Shown here: positions 38,593-48,586 of the stretch, in pieces
Position numbering within the stretch: the stretch's first letter is position 1
How the letters are laid out: each line of letters opens with the position of its first letter
NCBI GenBank assembly: GCA_029856145.1
Contig: JAHQWK010000019.1
Coordinates: forward strand, 32,001-96,000
Length of the DNA stretch: 64,000 bases
DNA from: Promethearchaeia archaeon
GTDB taxonomy: Archaea > Asgardarchaeota > Lokiarchaeia > Sigyniarchaeales > SOKP01
Reading direction: 5' to 3'
Position numbers and translations under genes: made by a program
Notes under the pieces: model-generated
Database searches by the model: none
What the model was told of the DNA's origin: nothing
What the model saw: the letters and a program-made list of their open reading frames with translations, nothing else

Positions 38593-39312
38593 ATGAAAGA
38601 TAAAACATTTAATCGCTTCGTATTAATGAAATTAGGCTTACTTATTTTTTCTCTTATTTTATTATCAATTGTCTTAATTCAGCTAGTTCTATCATATGAA
38701 GAAATTCTTGGGCCTGACGATCTAATCAATCTAACAATTATCGTAATATCTGTTTTGATAGCAGCAGTTTTATCAATAACCATTTTTGAAGTGCTTACGT
38801 TAAAAGAATATAGAGGGTACTTTATAAAAAGAATACATATCAAAAAAGGAAAATCTTATTTAACTCTTACAGATATATTTGAAAATGAAAATCGTATAAA
38901 TATATTAACTCAAATCCTCAATAATCCTGGGATACATCAAAATGAATTACTAAGAAGCTGTGATTTGCAAAAAGGTCAATTACAATGGCATTTAGACGTT
39001 TTATTAAAGTATCATATTATAAAAAAAGAAAAATATGGGCAATATACTATTTATTTTCCAATTACATCTTCAATTGAATCAATTGAAAATTTTAAAAATC
39101 TACCAACAAAATCGGAAACTACTTCAAAAATTTTAGACTTAATTCAGAAAAATCCGGGAATTTCATCATCTGAGATTTCTAAAAAGATCAATCTTGCTCG
39201 AAACACTGTTAAATATCATATAGATAAACTATCAGAGAATAATTTAATTTTTTTTAAGGAAAAGGGTCGAAAAATAGAACTTTATCCAAAAGTAGGGAGT
39301 TTTGATAATTAA
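38593..39312 (+). CDS. Membrane-anchored double winged-HTH transcriptional regulator
   Basis: 2 N-terminal TMs; NPGIH.NEL...L..GQL.WHL and NPGIS.SEIS....LARNTVKYHI..L. Confidence 0.85.
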   Translation: MKDKTFNRFVLMKLGLLIFSLILLSIVLIQLVLSYEEILGPDDLINLTIIVISVLIAAVLSITIFEVLTLKEYRGYFIKRIHIKKGKSYLTLTDIFENENRINILTQILNNPGIHQNELLRSCDLQKGQLQWHLDVLLKYHIIKKEKYGQYTIYFPITSSIESIENFKNLPTKSETTSKILDLIQKNPGISSSEISKKINLARNTVKYHIDKLSENNLIFFKEKGRKIELYPKVGSFDN

Positions 39313-40193
39313 AAATTAAGCAATTTTGGAAATTTATTTTTCATATTTAGTTCCTTCTGTATTATCTCATCTAATAATTCCTCTCTCTCACGCCCAGAAA
39401 GAACTTCTAATTTCCTAATTCTTAACGGGTCAACTTTTTCTCGCAGTAATTTAAGTTCTTTTTCTGTGGGAGGCTTGGTTTCTTTTAAATTCTCTGGAAT
39501 AACTAGCTCAAAGCCGGTTGAGTCTTTTACTCTATCAATATCAATTCCTGGATGAATTGTAGAAATTCTCATACGCTTACTCTTATCTTCAAAGTTCAAA
39601 TATCCAAGATTGGTAATAACACATTGGGGACCTGAACCTCCACATATAGAAGGCTTTCCATCTGGAAATCCTACACCGGAGATGAAAAAAATATCTTCTG
39701 TTGGTACAAAAGTTCTTTTATCATGACGAGGAGTATAAAGAAAAGAACCACGAGAATAAAACATACTGAAATCAAGGATGCCTGCAGCTCCAGGAAGTCT
39801 TATTTTAGGTTTTTCCCAATCCCCTATACAAATATTATTTGTATTTCCATAATGATCGATTTGAGCGGGTCTAAAGAATTCAATTGTAGTAAGCTTATCA
39901 GAAGGAAGAGACTCCAGTGTGCATTCTACACTATCTTGAAAACGATATGCTCTTGCTGTATTCATTTCAAGATAAAGCAAACTAACTTGACGAGGTTCTA
40001 ATACAAATGTGTTTCCCATAATATAATGGTATATTGCATTTGGAGCATTAGTTACTTTTGCTAATGTAAACGCAGCCCATACCATAGGTGTTGCAACACC
40101 AACAATCATCACATCATCGTTTCTGACTTCTCTTGCCATTAAAACAGTCATCATTTCATCGATTGTATAATCTTTTGAATATTCACTCATCAA
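39309..40193 (-). CDS. CoA-transferase subunit B (glutaconate CoA-transferase-like)
   Basis: AQID.YGN.N, RLPGAAG, VITNLG, HPG, STGFEL. Confidence 0.85.
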   Translation of the reverse strand: MMSEYSKDYTIDEMMTVLMAREVRNDDVMIVGVATPMVWAAFTLAKVTNAPNAIYHYIMGNTFVLEPRQVSLLYLEMNTARAYRFQDSVECTLESLPSDKLTTIEFFRPAQIDHYGNTNNICIGDWEKPKIRLPGAAGILDFSMFYSRGSFLYTPRHDKRTFVPTEDIFFISGVGFPDGKPSICGGSGPQCVITNLGYLNFEDKSKRMRISTIHPGIDIDRVKDSTGFELVIPENLKETKPPTEKELKLLREKVDPLRIRKLEVLSGREREELLDEIIQKELNMKNKFPKLLNF

Positions 40194-40202
40194 TTTTCCC
40201 TC

Positions 40203-41063
40203 CTATAATAAAATATTTAAAATTGTTTGTATTCCACCTGTTTCTTCCAAGTACTGAGTAGGTGTTTTACTCACTATGAATTTTTTCTTATACTCTTCAA
40301 AATCCATTTTTAGATAGCATTGAATGTGAAGTGGATCAAATGTATAAATAGGATAACATGAGGTAGGATGGGCACCAAAAGGCATTTTAATAACTGCAGT
40401 GGTTGTTTGGATAGGTAATTGTGCTTTTCCTGGCAAATAGCGGATATCCTCTGTTTCTACTAATTTTTCGCATATAATAATTGTCTTCTTTGCCGTTTTT
40501 GCCATGTCTGCATCCATCCATATTGCTCCCGCAATATTACCGTTCCCAAATTCGTCAGCATAAGGTACATGAATTATTGCCACATCTAAATCTATCTTAG
40601 GTACTGCCATAACCTGAGTTCCTGAACCAAGAGGGTCAGCGATTTGTTTAATATCATTTCTTACTTTTGGCATATCAGTTCCGATAATGCCTTTTAAAGG
40701 CATGAAAGGTACCTTCAAGTAGGATGCTCTTAATCCTAAAGCAATAGTAGCCTCACTTTCTTCAGAAATCTTCACTGAACCGAATTCAACTGCTTTTCTA
40801 TAATGAGGGGCCATACCAAATATTTCCATTCCTACAAAACAACTTCTTACTTCAGAAACACAACCTCCCGCTATAAGCATATCAACATCAATTCCTCCGA
40901 CAAAAGTGCAAATTGATAAATTTTTCTTATTTTGGCGAATTATCTCTCGACAAGCACTAGTAGGTTTTCTCCAAAAAGAAAGCCCTCCAATTCCAACAAG
41001 ATCTCCATCTTGTATGTAAGTAGAAATCGCTTCTTCTAAAGATATTAACTTGCTCTTCCTCAT
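40203..41063 (-). CDS. CoA-transferase subunit A
   Basis: I.DGD.V.IGG, DMLIAGG, PFMP, DVAIIH...ADEFGN, PFGAHPTSC. Confidence 0.9.
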   Translation of the reverse strand: MRKSKLISLEEAISTYIQDGDLVGIGGLSFWRKPTSACREIIRQNKKNLSICTFVGGIDVDMLIAGGCVSEVRSCFVGMEIFGMAPHYRKAVEFGSVKISEESEATIALGLRASYLKVPFMPLKGIIGTDMPKVRNDIKQIADPLGSGTQVMAVPKIDLDVAIIHVPYADEFGNGNIAGAIWMDADMAKTAKKTIIICEKLVETEDIRYLPGKAQLPIQTTTAVIKMPFGAHPTSCYPIYTFDPLHIQCYLKMDFEEYKKKFIVSKTPTQYLEETGGIQTILNILL

Positions 41064-41210
41064 TTATTAACACCTACTCAATTTTATTTTAGTAAAATTA
41101 GTGAAAAATTAATTTTACAAAATATAATTGTTTATTAAATTAAAGAATTGAGAATGAGAGAGCTATTTTCAAATTTTTATCTGAAATCAAACGTAATTAA
41201 GAATTTAAAA

Positions 41211-41978
41211 TTAATTTTTCTTTACTTTGCTTAATTGATTTTTTAAGTTTTGAAAAAATTCTGGTGTGGATAATTGAAAAGGTATTGGATATCTTGTACC
41301 TGCTTTATGAGTTTTTTCCATTCCTTCTAAAATTTCATTAATAATTCTAAAGGGTATCGATGCTATTAAATCTGTATCTATTGCCATTCCAAAACGACGA
41401 TCACCGAGACATGGAAAAGCAATTTGTAAATCTTCTGTTAGTATTGCTTTTGAAATGGTATCAGCACAAACGCCATCGCAAAAAGTTGACATTGAAACTT
41501 TACCTCCTTTTTTCCATAAATACCCTTGTATAATTCTCATTATTTGTGCGGAATTTCCCCAGATTAATATTAAATCAGGTTCAAAGTCTATACGACCTAA
41601 AGCTCCTGAAACTATAGCAGAATATTCTCCATATGAGATTTTTGGCATTGTGGCTGTTGTTTTTTTCGCGGCTTCCTTGGTTTCATTATATCTACCAATA
41701 AAAAATGCTCCTTCTTCAAAGAGTTTATGTGATTCTTCAAAACCTATAGAAATTCCAGCAAGTGGACACAAATTATCTTCTTTTGTACATCCCATTGTCC
41801 AACCATAATATCTAGCATAACTAAATATTTGACAAAGAGCAATCTTGTGTTCGGGTTTCTTTAAAAATTTGATATTTTCTAAACTTTCAGAGTCTTTAAG
41901 TAGTTTTACTCCAACAGGAAAAGAAGCTAATCTAAGAAATTTATTCAATTGATTATCTAATTTCTCATATTTACCCAT
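41211..41978 (-). CDS. DUF169 family protein
   Basis: PVGVKL, CQ...AR, CP.A...G, EPDL, C...., PCLGDR. Confidence 0.85.
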   Translation of the reverse strand: MGKYEKLDNQLNKFLRLASFPVGVKLLKDSESLENIKFLKKPEHKIALCQIFSYARYYGWTMGCTKEDNLCPLAGISIGFEESHKLFEEGAFFIGRYNETKEAAKKTTATMPKISYGEYSAIVSGALGRIDFEPDLILIWGNSAQIMRIIQGYLWKKGGKVSMSTFCDGVCADTISKAILTEDLQIAFPCLGDRRFGMAIDTDLIASIPFRIINEILEGMEKTHKAGTRYPIPFQLSTPEFFQNLKNQLSKVKKN

Positions 41979-42058
41979 AAAATCACATTTCTTACGTATA
42001 AAAAATAATTAAATGATAGAGTATTTCAAAATATAATAAATTAATAGAACGAATATCG

Positions 42059-42601
42059 ATGAATGCTAATAGAAAAAGATTGAAGCAAGGATTAGTTCAA
42101 GTTTATTTTGGACGAGGGAAAGGTAAGACAACAGCTGCAATAGGGCAAGGCATACGTGCTACGGGGCATGGCTTCAGAGTATTTATGATTCAATTTATGA
42201 AAGGTAATTACAAATACGGTGAAATTGAAGCTATCAGTAATATACCCAACTTTGAATTAAAACAATTTGGTAGTCCTGATCTTATAGCTGAACCGGGAGA
42301 ATTTGATTTAGAACAAGGTAAGAAGGCCCTAGATTATGCTAAAGATATTATTATGAGTGATGAATATGATATCATTATACTTGATGAAGTTGGAGTTGCA
42401 ATATCAATGAATGTTATTCTTGTTGAACCTGTATTAGAACTCATAAAAAATAAACCAGAAAAAGTTGAGTTAATCTTAACAGGTGGACCAAAAATGCATC
42501 CTAAATTAAAGGAAGTAGCTGATTTAGTAACCGAAATGAGAATGATTAAGCATTATTACTCTTCAAAAGGTATTACAGCTAGATATGGAATAGAATATTA
42601 A
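42059..42601 (+). CDS. cobO: Cob(I)yrinic acid a,c-diamide adenosyltransferase
   Basis: VQVYFGRGKGKTTAA.G...RA.GHG, IQFMKG, ILDEV, LILTG, ADLVTEM..IKH. Confidence 0.92.
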   Translation: MNANRKRLKQGLVQVYFGRGKGKTTAAIGQGIRATGHGFRVFMIQFMKGNYKYGEIEAISNIPNFELKQFGSPDLIAEPGEFDLEQGKKALDYAKDIIMSDEYDIIILDEVGVAISMNVILVEPVLELIKNKPEKVELILTGGPKMHPKLKEVADLVTEMRMIKHYYSSKGITARYGIEY

Positions 42602-42823
42602 AGAAACCAGTAAATTAATTTACGATAACCTTTACTCTATTTGAAATTAAAAGTAAAAGAACGAAAATAGATCTTAAAATTCAAACTTATAAAATAGATT
42701 AGGTTCTTTATTTCTTTCTTAAAATTCTCGTTTTAAAAAAAAAGATTCAAATTAAGACTCTAATCTAGACACTTAAGTAAGAAAGCGATTAAGTTTTTAT
42801 TAAAGGAAAGAAATATCAAAATC

Positions 42824-43192
42824 ATGAATGAAGTGAAAACTTTTCATATAAAAAAATTGATTTCTGTTTGTGGTTTAGATTGTAGCATGTGCAAGATTTA
42901 TCAAGCACCCTATAATCCGGGAGTTGCTGATAAACTAGTCAGAATGTTTAATAATATGTGGGATAATGTAAAACCAGAAGATTTTCATTGTAGTACGTGT
43001 AGGGGTGAAATTTCAGATTGTTGGACCAAAGAATGTTGGATTAGATACTGTTGTATAAATGATAAAAAATTAGAATACTGTTATCAATGCCAAGATTTTC
43101 CTTGTAAAAGACTAGAAGAAACAGCAAAAAAAAGTAAGAGACATATTGTGGCGTTAAATAATCTGAAAAGAATGAAAAGGAAAGAAAAGTAA
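42824..43192 (+). CDS. DUF3795 Cys-rich protein
   Basis: CGLDCSMC, CSTC, C.IR.CC...K...CYQC.DFPC. Confidence 0.8.
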   Translation: MNEVKTFHIKKLISVCGLDCSMCKIYQAPYNPGVADKLVRMFNNMWDNVKPEDFHCSTCRGEISDCWTKECWIRYCCINDKKLEYCYQCQDFPCKRLEETAKKSKRHIVALNNLKRMKRKEK

Positions 43193-43320
43193 GTATCAGA
43201 ATATCTAATTTCTCCAAAATGTCGAATTAAATCTTTCTAATCATATAAAATCAAAATATTCTTGTTCAATAACATATTTCTCATTTATTATATGTAAAAA
43301 TTATCTCAATTAGAAAAATA

Positions 43321-44541
43321 ATGGAACTTGATAGTCTAAATAAAATTAAACGTAGGAATCTAATAGCCTTAGCTATTACCAAATTAATTCATGGATTTGG
43401 GACGGGGATGTTTGGTATAGTTTATCAACCATTTCTATTAGAGCTTACAAATTCAATAGTATTAACGGGTTTATTTATTTCAATAGGATCAATAATGCAA
43501 TTTATGCCTATGCCTTTAATTGGAAAATTTTCCGATAAATTTAACCGAAAATACATTCTTATTTCTAGTATTCCGATCTATATCATAGGACTCTTATTTT
43601 TAATATTAGCAAGTCCGACCAGCTTATATTTTATTATATTTGGGATAATGTTTTACTTTTTAGGGTTTATTATTAACAATCTAAACGCTCAATTTTTAGT
43701 TGCTGAAAATAGTAATAAATCTAAAGGGTTGATATTTGGATTTATGCTTTTTTCTTATTTTGGTGGAACTATTGCAGGATCTTTATTCATAATTCTTGGA
43801 CAAGGGCTTAACTCTAGATTTTATTTAATAATTTTCATTCTATTATTACTTGTTGAAGAGATAATCTTCACAATTTTTCTATCTGCTCAAACCCACCATA
43901 TTCAAAATCAAAAACTTCAGGTAAATAATACTCGTAAAGAAAAAAAAAATATGTGGATGAAGATTTTGAAAACAAAAACATTAAGATCAGTATTAATTTT
44001 CTTTACATTGGATATTTTCGTATATAGTATATCTCTTTCAATCTATTCTGGTGGATTGGTCAAGTATTATAATCTTACCAAAGAAGATATTGCATTCATA
44101 GTATTATGGTTTAATATAGGAAATGTAATTTTTCAAATCCCTGCTGGACGTATTACTGATAAAATTGGGAATAAAAAAACATTAATTTTAAGTCAATTCT
44201 TTGGTTTCGGCTTTTTTTTTATGAATATATTGTCTGTTATTCTTTGGATGAATTTTATTACACATACCTTAATTATTACATTAAGTATTGGATATGTCTT
44301 TTTTGCTTTATCCATCTGCACATTTATACCTGCTGAACAAATTATTTTAACCAATTTAGGGGAGGACCAAAAAGCTGAATCTTATGGAATAATTTCATTT
44401 TTTAGAGGTATTGGATTGATTCCTACAGGACTTTTAGGAGCACTAATTGTAGAAAACGTTCATTATATTGCCCCATTTATATTTAGTATTATTGGGCTTC
44501 TAGTTGAGTTATTATTTCTTCTAAAATTCTTTCATGATTAA
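43321..44541 (+). CDS. MFS transporter
   Basis: About 12 TMs; GKFSDKFNRK and GRITDKIGNKK MFS loop motifs. Confidence 0.9.
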   Translation: MELDSLNKIKRRNLIALAITKLIHGFGTGMFGIVYQPFLLELTNSIVLTGLFISIGSIMQFMPMPLIGKFSDKFNRKYILISSIPIYIIGLLFLILASPTSLYFIIFGIMFYFLGFIINNLNAQFLVAENSNKSKGLIFGFMLFSYFGGTIAGSLFIILGQGLNSRFYLIIFILLLLVEEIIFTIFLSAQTHHIQNQKLQVNNTRKEKKNMWMKILKTKTLRSVLIFFTLDIFVYSISLSIYSGGLVKYYNLTKEDIAFIVLWFNIGNVIFQIPAGRITDKIGNKKTLILSQFFGFGFFFMNILSVILWMNFITHTLIITLSIGYVFFALSICTFIPAEQIILTNLGEDQKAESYGIISFFRGIGLIPTGLLGALIVENVHYIAPFIFSIIGLLVELLFLLKFFHD

Positions 44542-44642
44542 TAAAATATTTTTAAAGAAAATAATAAGAAATTTAATTTTTCAAAAATTCAATTTTTTAA
44601 ATTTAAAAAATAATTTAAATAAAATTAAAGAATGGTGAAAAA

Positions 44643-45908
44643 ATGGGAAAGTTAGCACGACGTGTAGCCATGATTGGAGCAGGAATGAGTAAATTTGGAG
44701 CACATTTTCCTCATAAAAGAAATCCAGATTTATGGATTGATGCTTGGTTAGATGCAGTAAGTAGAGTCGATAATGGTATCAATCCCAAAGATATTGATGC
44801 TTGTTATGTAGGGAATTATTCTTCAGATCTATTTAATCATCAAGGACATCTAGGACCACAAATGGCAGATTTAGTAGGATTAGTTCCAAAACCAGCAGGA
44901 CGTTTTGAAGGAGCGTGTGCGAGTAGTGGAATTGCGCTTAGACAAGCAATTTTGGCGATTGCATCAGGAGTTCATGATGTTATTGCTGTTAGTGGAGTTG
45001 AATGTATGACAGAACAACCTACTGTGAATGTGACTGATATATTAGCTACCGCATCAGACAGTTTATTTGAATATCCTGCGGGAGCAACATTTCCAGGATT
45101 GTATGGAACTCTAGCTTCAGCACATTTCCATAAATATGGAACTACAGTAGAAGATTTAATGAGAGTTGGAATCAAAAATCATGAGAATGGGAAGGAAAAT
45201 CCCTATGCTCAAATGCAAAGCTCTATTGCTGATATGATGGAAAGTAAAATAGCAAAAATTGAAAAATCAGGAGGAGAAGTTCCAGATTGGAAAGATGAGT
45301 TTGATTTTCTTAAAAGTAGATCAAATCCAATAATTGCCTACCCTTTAAGATTGTTTGATTGTAGTTTAATTACTGATGGAGCTGCTTGTGTATTTTTAGG
45401 AGCTGAAGATGTGGTGAAAAATTTCACTGATGATCCAATTTGGATTACGGGTACTGGACAAGGGAGTGCAGCATTATCTTTACATGATAGAAATGAATTA
45501 ACCAGTTTTATTGCTACTAAAGAGGCAGCAAGACAAGCTTATGAAATGTCGGGATTAAAACCTAAAGATATTCAAGTAGCTGAAGTTCATGATTGCTTCA
45601 CTATAGCTGAAATTATCGCTTTAGAAGACTTAGGTTTTTATGAAAAAGGTAAAGCAGCTGAAGCAATTAAAAATGGAGAAACAAAACGAGATGGATCAAT
45701 GCCAATAAATACAAGTGGAGGACTAAAGAGTAAGGGCCATCCTGTAGGCGCTACTGGTGCAGCATTTTGTGTGGAAGCATTTAAACAAATGAGAGGTATT
45801 GCAGAGAGAAATAGACAAGTGAAATTTGATGTAGAGAGGATGTTGACTCATAATCTAGGAGGATCAGGAGCAACATGTGTAGTAACAATTTTTGAAAAAG
45901 AGAGGTGA
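44643..45908 (+). CDS. Thiolase (archaeal / SCP2-thiolase type)
   Basis: EGACASSG, KNH.NG..NP.A, DCS.ITDGAA, EVHDCFT, NTSGGLKSKGHPVGATG, HNLGG. Confidence 0.93.
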   Translation: MGKLARRVAMIGAGMSKFGAHFPHKRNPDLWIDAWLDAVSRVDNGINPKDIDACYVGNYSSDLFNHQGHLGPQMADLVGLVPKPAGRFEGACASSGIALRQAILAIASGVHDVIAVSGVECMTEQPTVNVTDILATASDSLFEYPAGATFPGLYGTLASAHFHKYGTTVEDLMRVGIKNHENGKENPYAQMQSSIADMMESKIAKIEKSGGEVPDWKDEFDFLKSRSNPIIAYPLRLFDCSLITDGAACVFLGAEDVVKNFTDDPIWITGTGQGSAALSLHDRNELTSFIATKEAARQAYEMSGLKPKDIQVAEVHDCFTIAEIIALEDLGFYEKGKAAEAIKNGETKRDGSMPINTSGGLKSKGHPVGATGAAFCVEAFKQMRGIAERNRQVKFDVERMLTHNLGGSGATCVVTIFEKER

Positions 45909-45915
45909 AACAAAA

Positions 45916-46338
45916 GTGTCTGAAAGTGAAAGAGATTTTACTATAAAAAGCTATATAGATTATTTATCTGAAAAGAAATTAATGGGATCAAAATGTAAAG
46001 ATTGTAGTGCTATGTATGTTCCAGTCAGAAAACTATGCCCTAAATGTAATACTGCAAATATGGAATGGGTTGAAATGTCAGGGAATGGTAAACTTGCTGC
46101 CTTTACAAGTATCACAGTAGGAACGCCTTTCTTTGTAGAAAAGGGGTATGGTAGAAAAAAACCTTATTGCTTTTCAGTAATAAAACTAGACGAAGGTCCC
46201 ATGATAAGTGGGCAATTAATAGGTGTAGATGAGAGTAAACCTGACACAATTAATATTGGAATACCTGTTAAAGCAACTTTTATAGAAACTGAAATCAAGG
46301 GTGAAACAAGGGTCGATTTAGGTTTTGAGCCTATTTAA
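45916..46338 (+). CDS. DUF35 Zn-ribbon/OB-fold thiolase partner
   Basis: KCKDC...YVP.R..CPKC, SGNGKL..FT, PY....IKLDEG; GTG start 7 nt after GAGGTGA. Confidence 0.88.
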   Translation: MSESERDFTIKSYIDYLSEKKLMGSKCKDCSAMYVPVRKLCPKCNTANMEWVEMSGNGKLAAFTSITVGTPFFVEKGYGRKKPYCFSVIKLDEGPMISGQLIGVDESKPDTINIGIPVKATFIETEIKGETRVDLGFEPI

Positions 46339-46420
46339 AATCATATTTTTTATTTTTTTTGTTTATAATGATTTATAGAGGCATATTCAAATTAATTTTT
46401 TTATAAATTGGTGATTATGA

Positions 46421-47584
46421 ATAAAGAGATTATACAAAATCTTAATTTCTGTTGGTTTTGTTTCAATTGCTGTCTTTTCTCTTGTTTATTTGTATTTTCC
46501 TACTAGTAATCTAAATATTCAAAACTATGAAATAGATTTGCAATTTAGTGCCGATAACGCTTATAATTATACAGAAGATCAATTAGATATTGGTTTTCGG
46601 ATACCTGGAACACAAGAACGTGTGGATTGCGCTAATTATTTCATAACTAAATTTTTAGAAATAGATAGTAATTTCACATATGCTCTTCATAATTTTACAG
46701 TCTATTCAACTGATTGTCAGAATGTGTTATTCAAATTAAACGAGAATAAATCTAATATTGTAATTTTAGGAGCACATTATGATTCTAGAGCTAGAGCAAC
46801 GAAAGATTTAACAAATACATCTGCTCCAGTTCCAGGTGCTAATGATGGTGCTAGTGGAAGTGCTATTTTAATTGAATTAGCAAGAAATTTCTATATAATG
46901 AGTGAGAATCTAAGTTGTCAAATATGGTTTGTCTTTTTTGATGCCGAAGATCAAGGATATGATCTGGGACCTGGTATAACTGGATGGGGATGGTGTGAAG
47001 GTTCTCAGAAATTTGTTTCCGAAATTAATAATTTTTATGATTCAGAAACAGAAAATTTTGAGTGTATGATTTTATTGGATATGGTGGGTGGAGAAAATCT
47101 AAAATTTATTAATGAACAACATTCTACCTCTTCATTATTGGATGAATTATTTGCTATTGGAAGGAGTTTAGGTTATACTGACGAATTTCCAATAAACCCA
47201 ATCTCTGGAGAAATTGTAGATGATCACGTAGCTTTTGTAAATTTTGGTATTCCTTCTGCAGATTTAATTATCAAATTTTGGAATAGAAATCCAGATTGGC
47301 CTTACCACCATACTACTAAAGATAACCTTACCTATATCGCTAAAGAAAGTCTTGAAACTACGGGCAAAACTGTTGAGCAATTTATCTATAATAACTACAT
47401 TGATGATCAAAATAACATTTATCAGGGAAATTATCCTTGGAATCAAGATAAAAGTCTACTGAACCTAGACGTAGTAATAATCATTACTATAATTATTGTT
47501 ATTGCAGGAATTTCAATTATAATATTAATTCCGACAACAGAAGTTACAAAAAAAAACGAATTGCTTGATTATAATATAATATAA
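46421..47584 (+). CDS. M28 family peptidase / glutaminyl cyclase-like, membrane-anchored at both ends; probable ATA start
   Basis: GAHYDSR, GANDGASG, FDAED, LLDMVG, DDH..F, YHHT..D; N-terminal signal anchor IKRLYKILISVGFVSIAVFSLVYLYF lies upstream of the track start 46490. Confidence 0.85.
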   Translation: MKRLYKILISVGFVSIAVFSLVYLYFPTSNLNIQNYEIDLQFSADNAYNYTEDQLDIGFRIPGTQERVDCANYFITKFLEIDSNFTYALHNFTVYSTDCQNVLFKLNENKSNIVILGAHYDSRARATKDLTNTSAPVPGANDGASGSAILIELARNFYIMSENLSCQIWFVFFDAEDQGYDLGPGITGWGWCEGSQKFVSEINNFYDSETENFECMILLDMVGGENLKFINEQHSTSSLLDELFAIGRSLGYTDEFPINPISGEIVDDHVAFVNFGIPSADLIIKFWNRNPDWPYHHTTKDNLTYIAKESLETTGKTVEQFIYNNYIDDQNNIYQGNYPWNQDKSLLNLDVVIIITIIIVIAGISIIILIPTTEVTKKNELLDYNII

Positions 47585-48472
47585 TTATTTATGTTTTATT
47601 ATCGTTCCACACTGCTGACAGAATTTTTCTAACTGAGCTAATTTCATACCACAAAATTTACAGAAATAAAAAATTTCTTTTAGTTTTTCTTCTTTTTTAT
47701 CTGGAATTGAAGGTATTGATTTTTGTTTCGATGCTTCCAAAATTGGTGGAGTTATCTGTTTTTGAGCCGTAGAAATTACTTCTATCTTCTCTTCCTCCTT
47801 AATTAATGTTGGTGGGATTGGTTGTAGTTCTTCAGTTTTTATTTGTGATAGCTCAGAAACAGTTTCTTCAGATGGTTTTGGGTGGGTTATTTCTGAAATT
47901 TTTGGAATCATTTCTGGTTTAGGGGTAGGAACCTCTTTAATTTTTTCTTTCCATTTATCCGGAATCGATGGGTCTGTTTGTATTTTTAAAAATTCTGATG
48001 GAGAAATATCAGCCAACGGTTTTGAAGTAGTTTTTTGTTTTATTGCTTGTTTTTTAACATATTTTTCTCTCCGTTCATTATAAAATGCGAAATATTTTTT
48101 CTTAGCTTTTCTTAAACTATTTCTACTTCCACATTTTTCACAATATCTTCGATTTCTAATTGAAAATTCCCAACAATAAACGCAAATAAAAGGATGTCCT
48201 TTTAAAAAAGTCTCTACATCTGAGATATCCGACCCTAATGGAATTGGCTTTATATCTTCAGTTTTTTCTTTTTTGAGTATAAAAAAATTAAAGTCCTTTT
48301 TGTTAGCTTTTCTTAAACTATATCTAGCGCCACAACCTTCACAATATTCTCTATATGTATCGGTAAACTTCCCACATCTATGACAGATTAAAGGCTGTGT
48401 CTTTAGGAATGCTTTCCTATTTTGTATTAATGGTATATTATCTTTTGTTAAATATTTTTCATCATCAGAAAT
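47585..48472 (-). CDS. Multi-zinc-ribbon protein (two N-terminal repeats, Pro-rich linker, C-terminal zinc ribbon), 295 aa; probable ATT start
   Basis: Frame open 152 codons upstream of track start 48016: (I)SDDEKY...CHRCG...YCEGCG..SLRKA...CVYC...YCEKCG..SLRKA; C-terminal FCKFCG...FCQQCG. Confidence 0.8.
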   Translation of the reverse strand: MSDDEKYLTKDNIPLIQNRKAFLKTQPLICHRCGKFTDTYREYCEGCGARYSLRKANKKDFNFFILKKEKTEDIKPIPLGSDISDVETFLKGHPFICVYCWEFSIRNRRYCEKCGSRNSLRKAKKKYFAFYNERREKYVKKQAIKQKTTSKPLADISPSEFLKIQTDPSIPDKWKEKIKEVPTPKPEMIPKISEITHPKPSEETVSELSQIKTEELQPIPPTLIKEEEKIEVISTAQKQITPPILEASKQKSIPSIPDKKEEKLKEIFYFCKFCGMKLAQLEKFCQQCGTIIKHK

Positions 48473-48586
48473 ATTATTTTCACCTTAAAAAATTCAATTT
48501 TGCAGTAAAAATGATCTAATGGTTTGTTGTATAATTTTGAATTTAAACATTTCTATGAATTGTAATTAAGGAAATTGAAAAATCCT

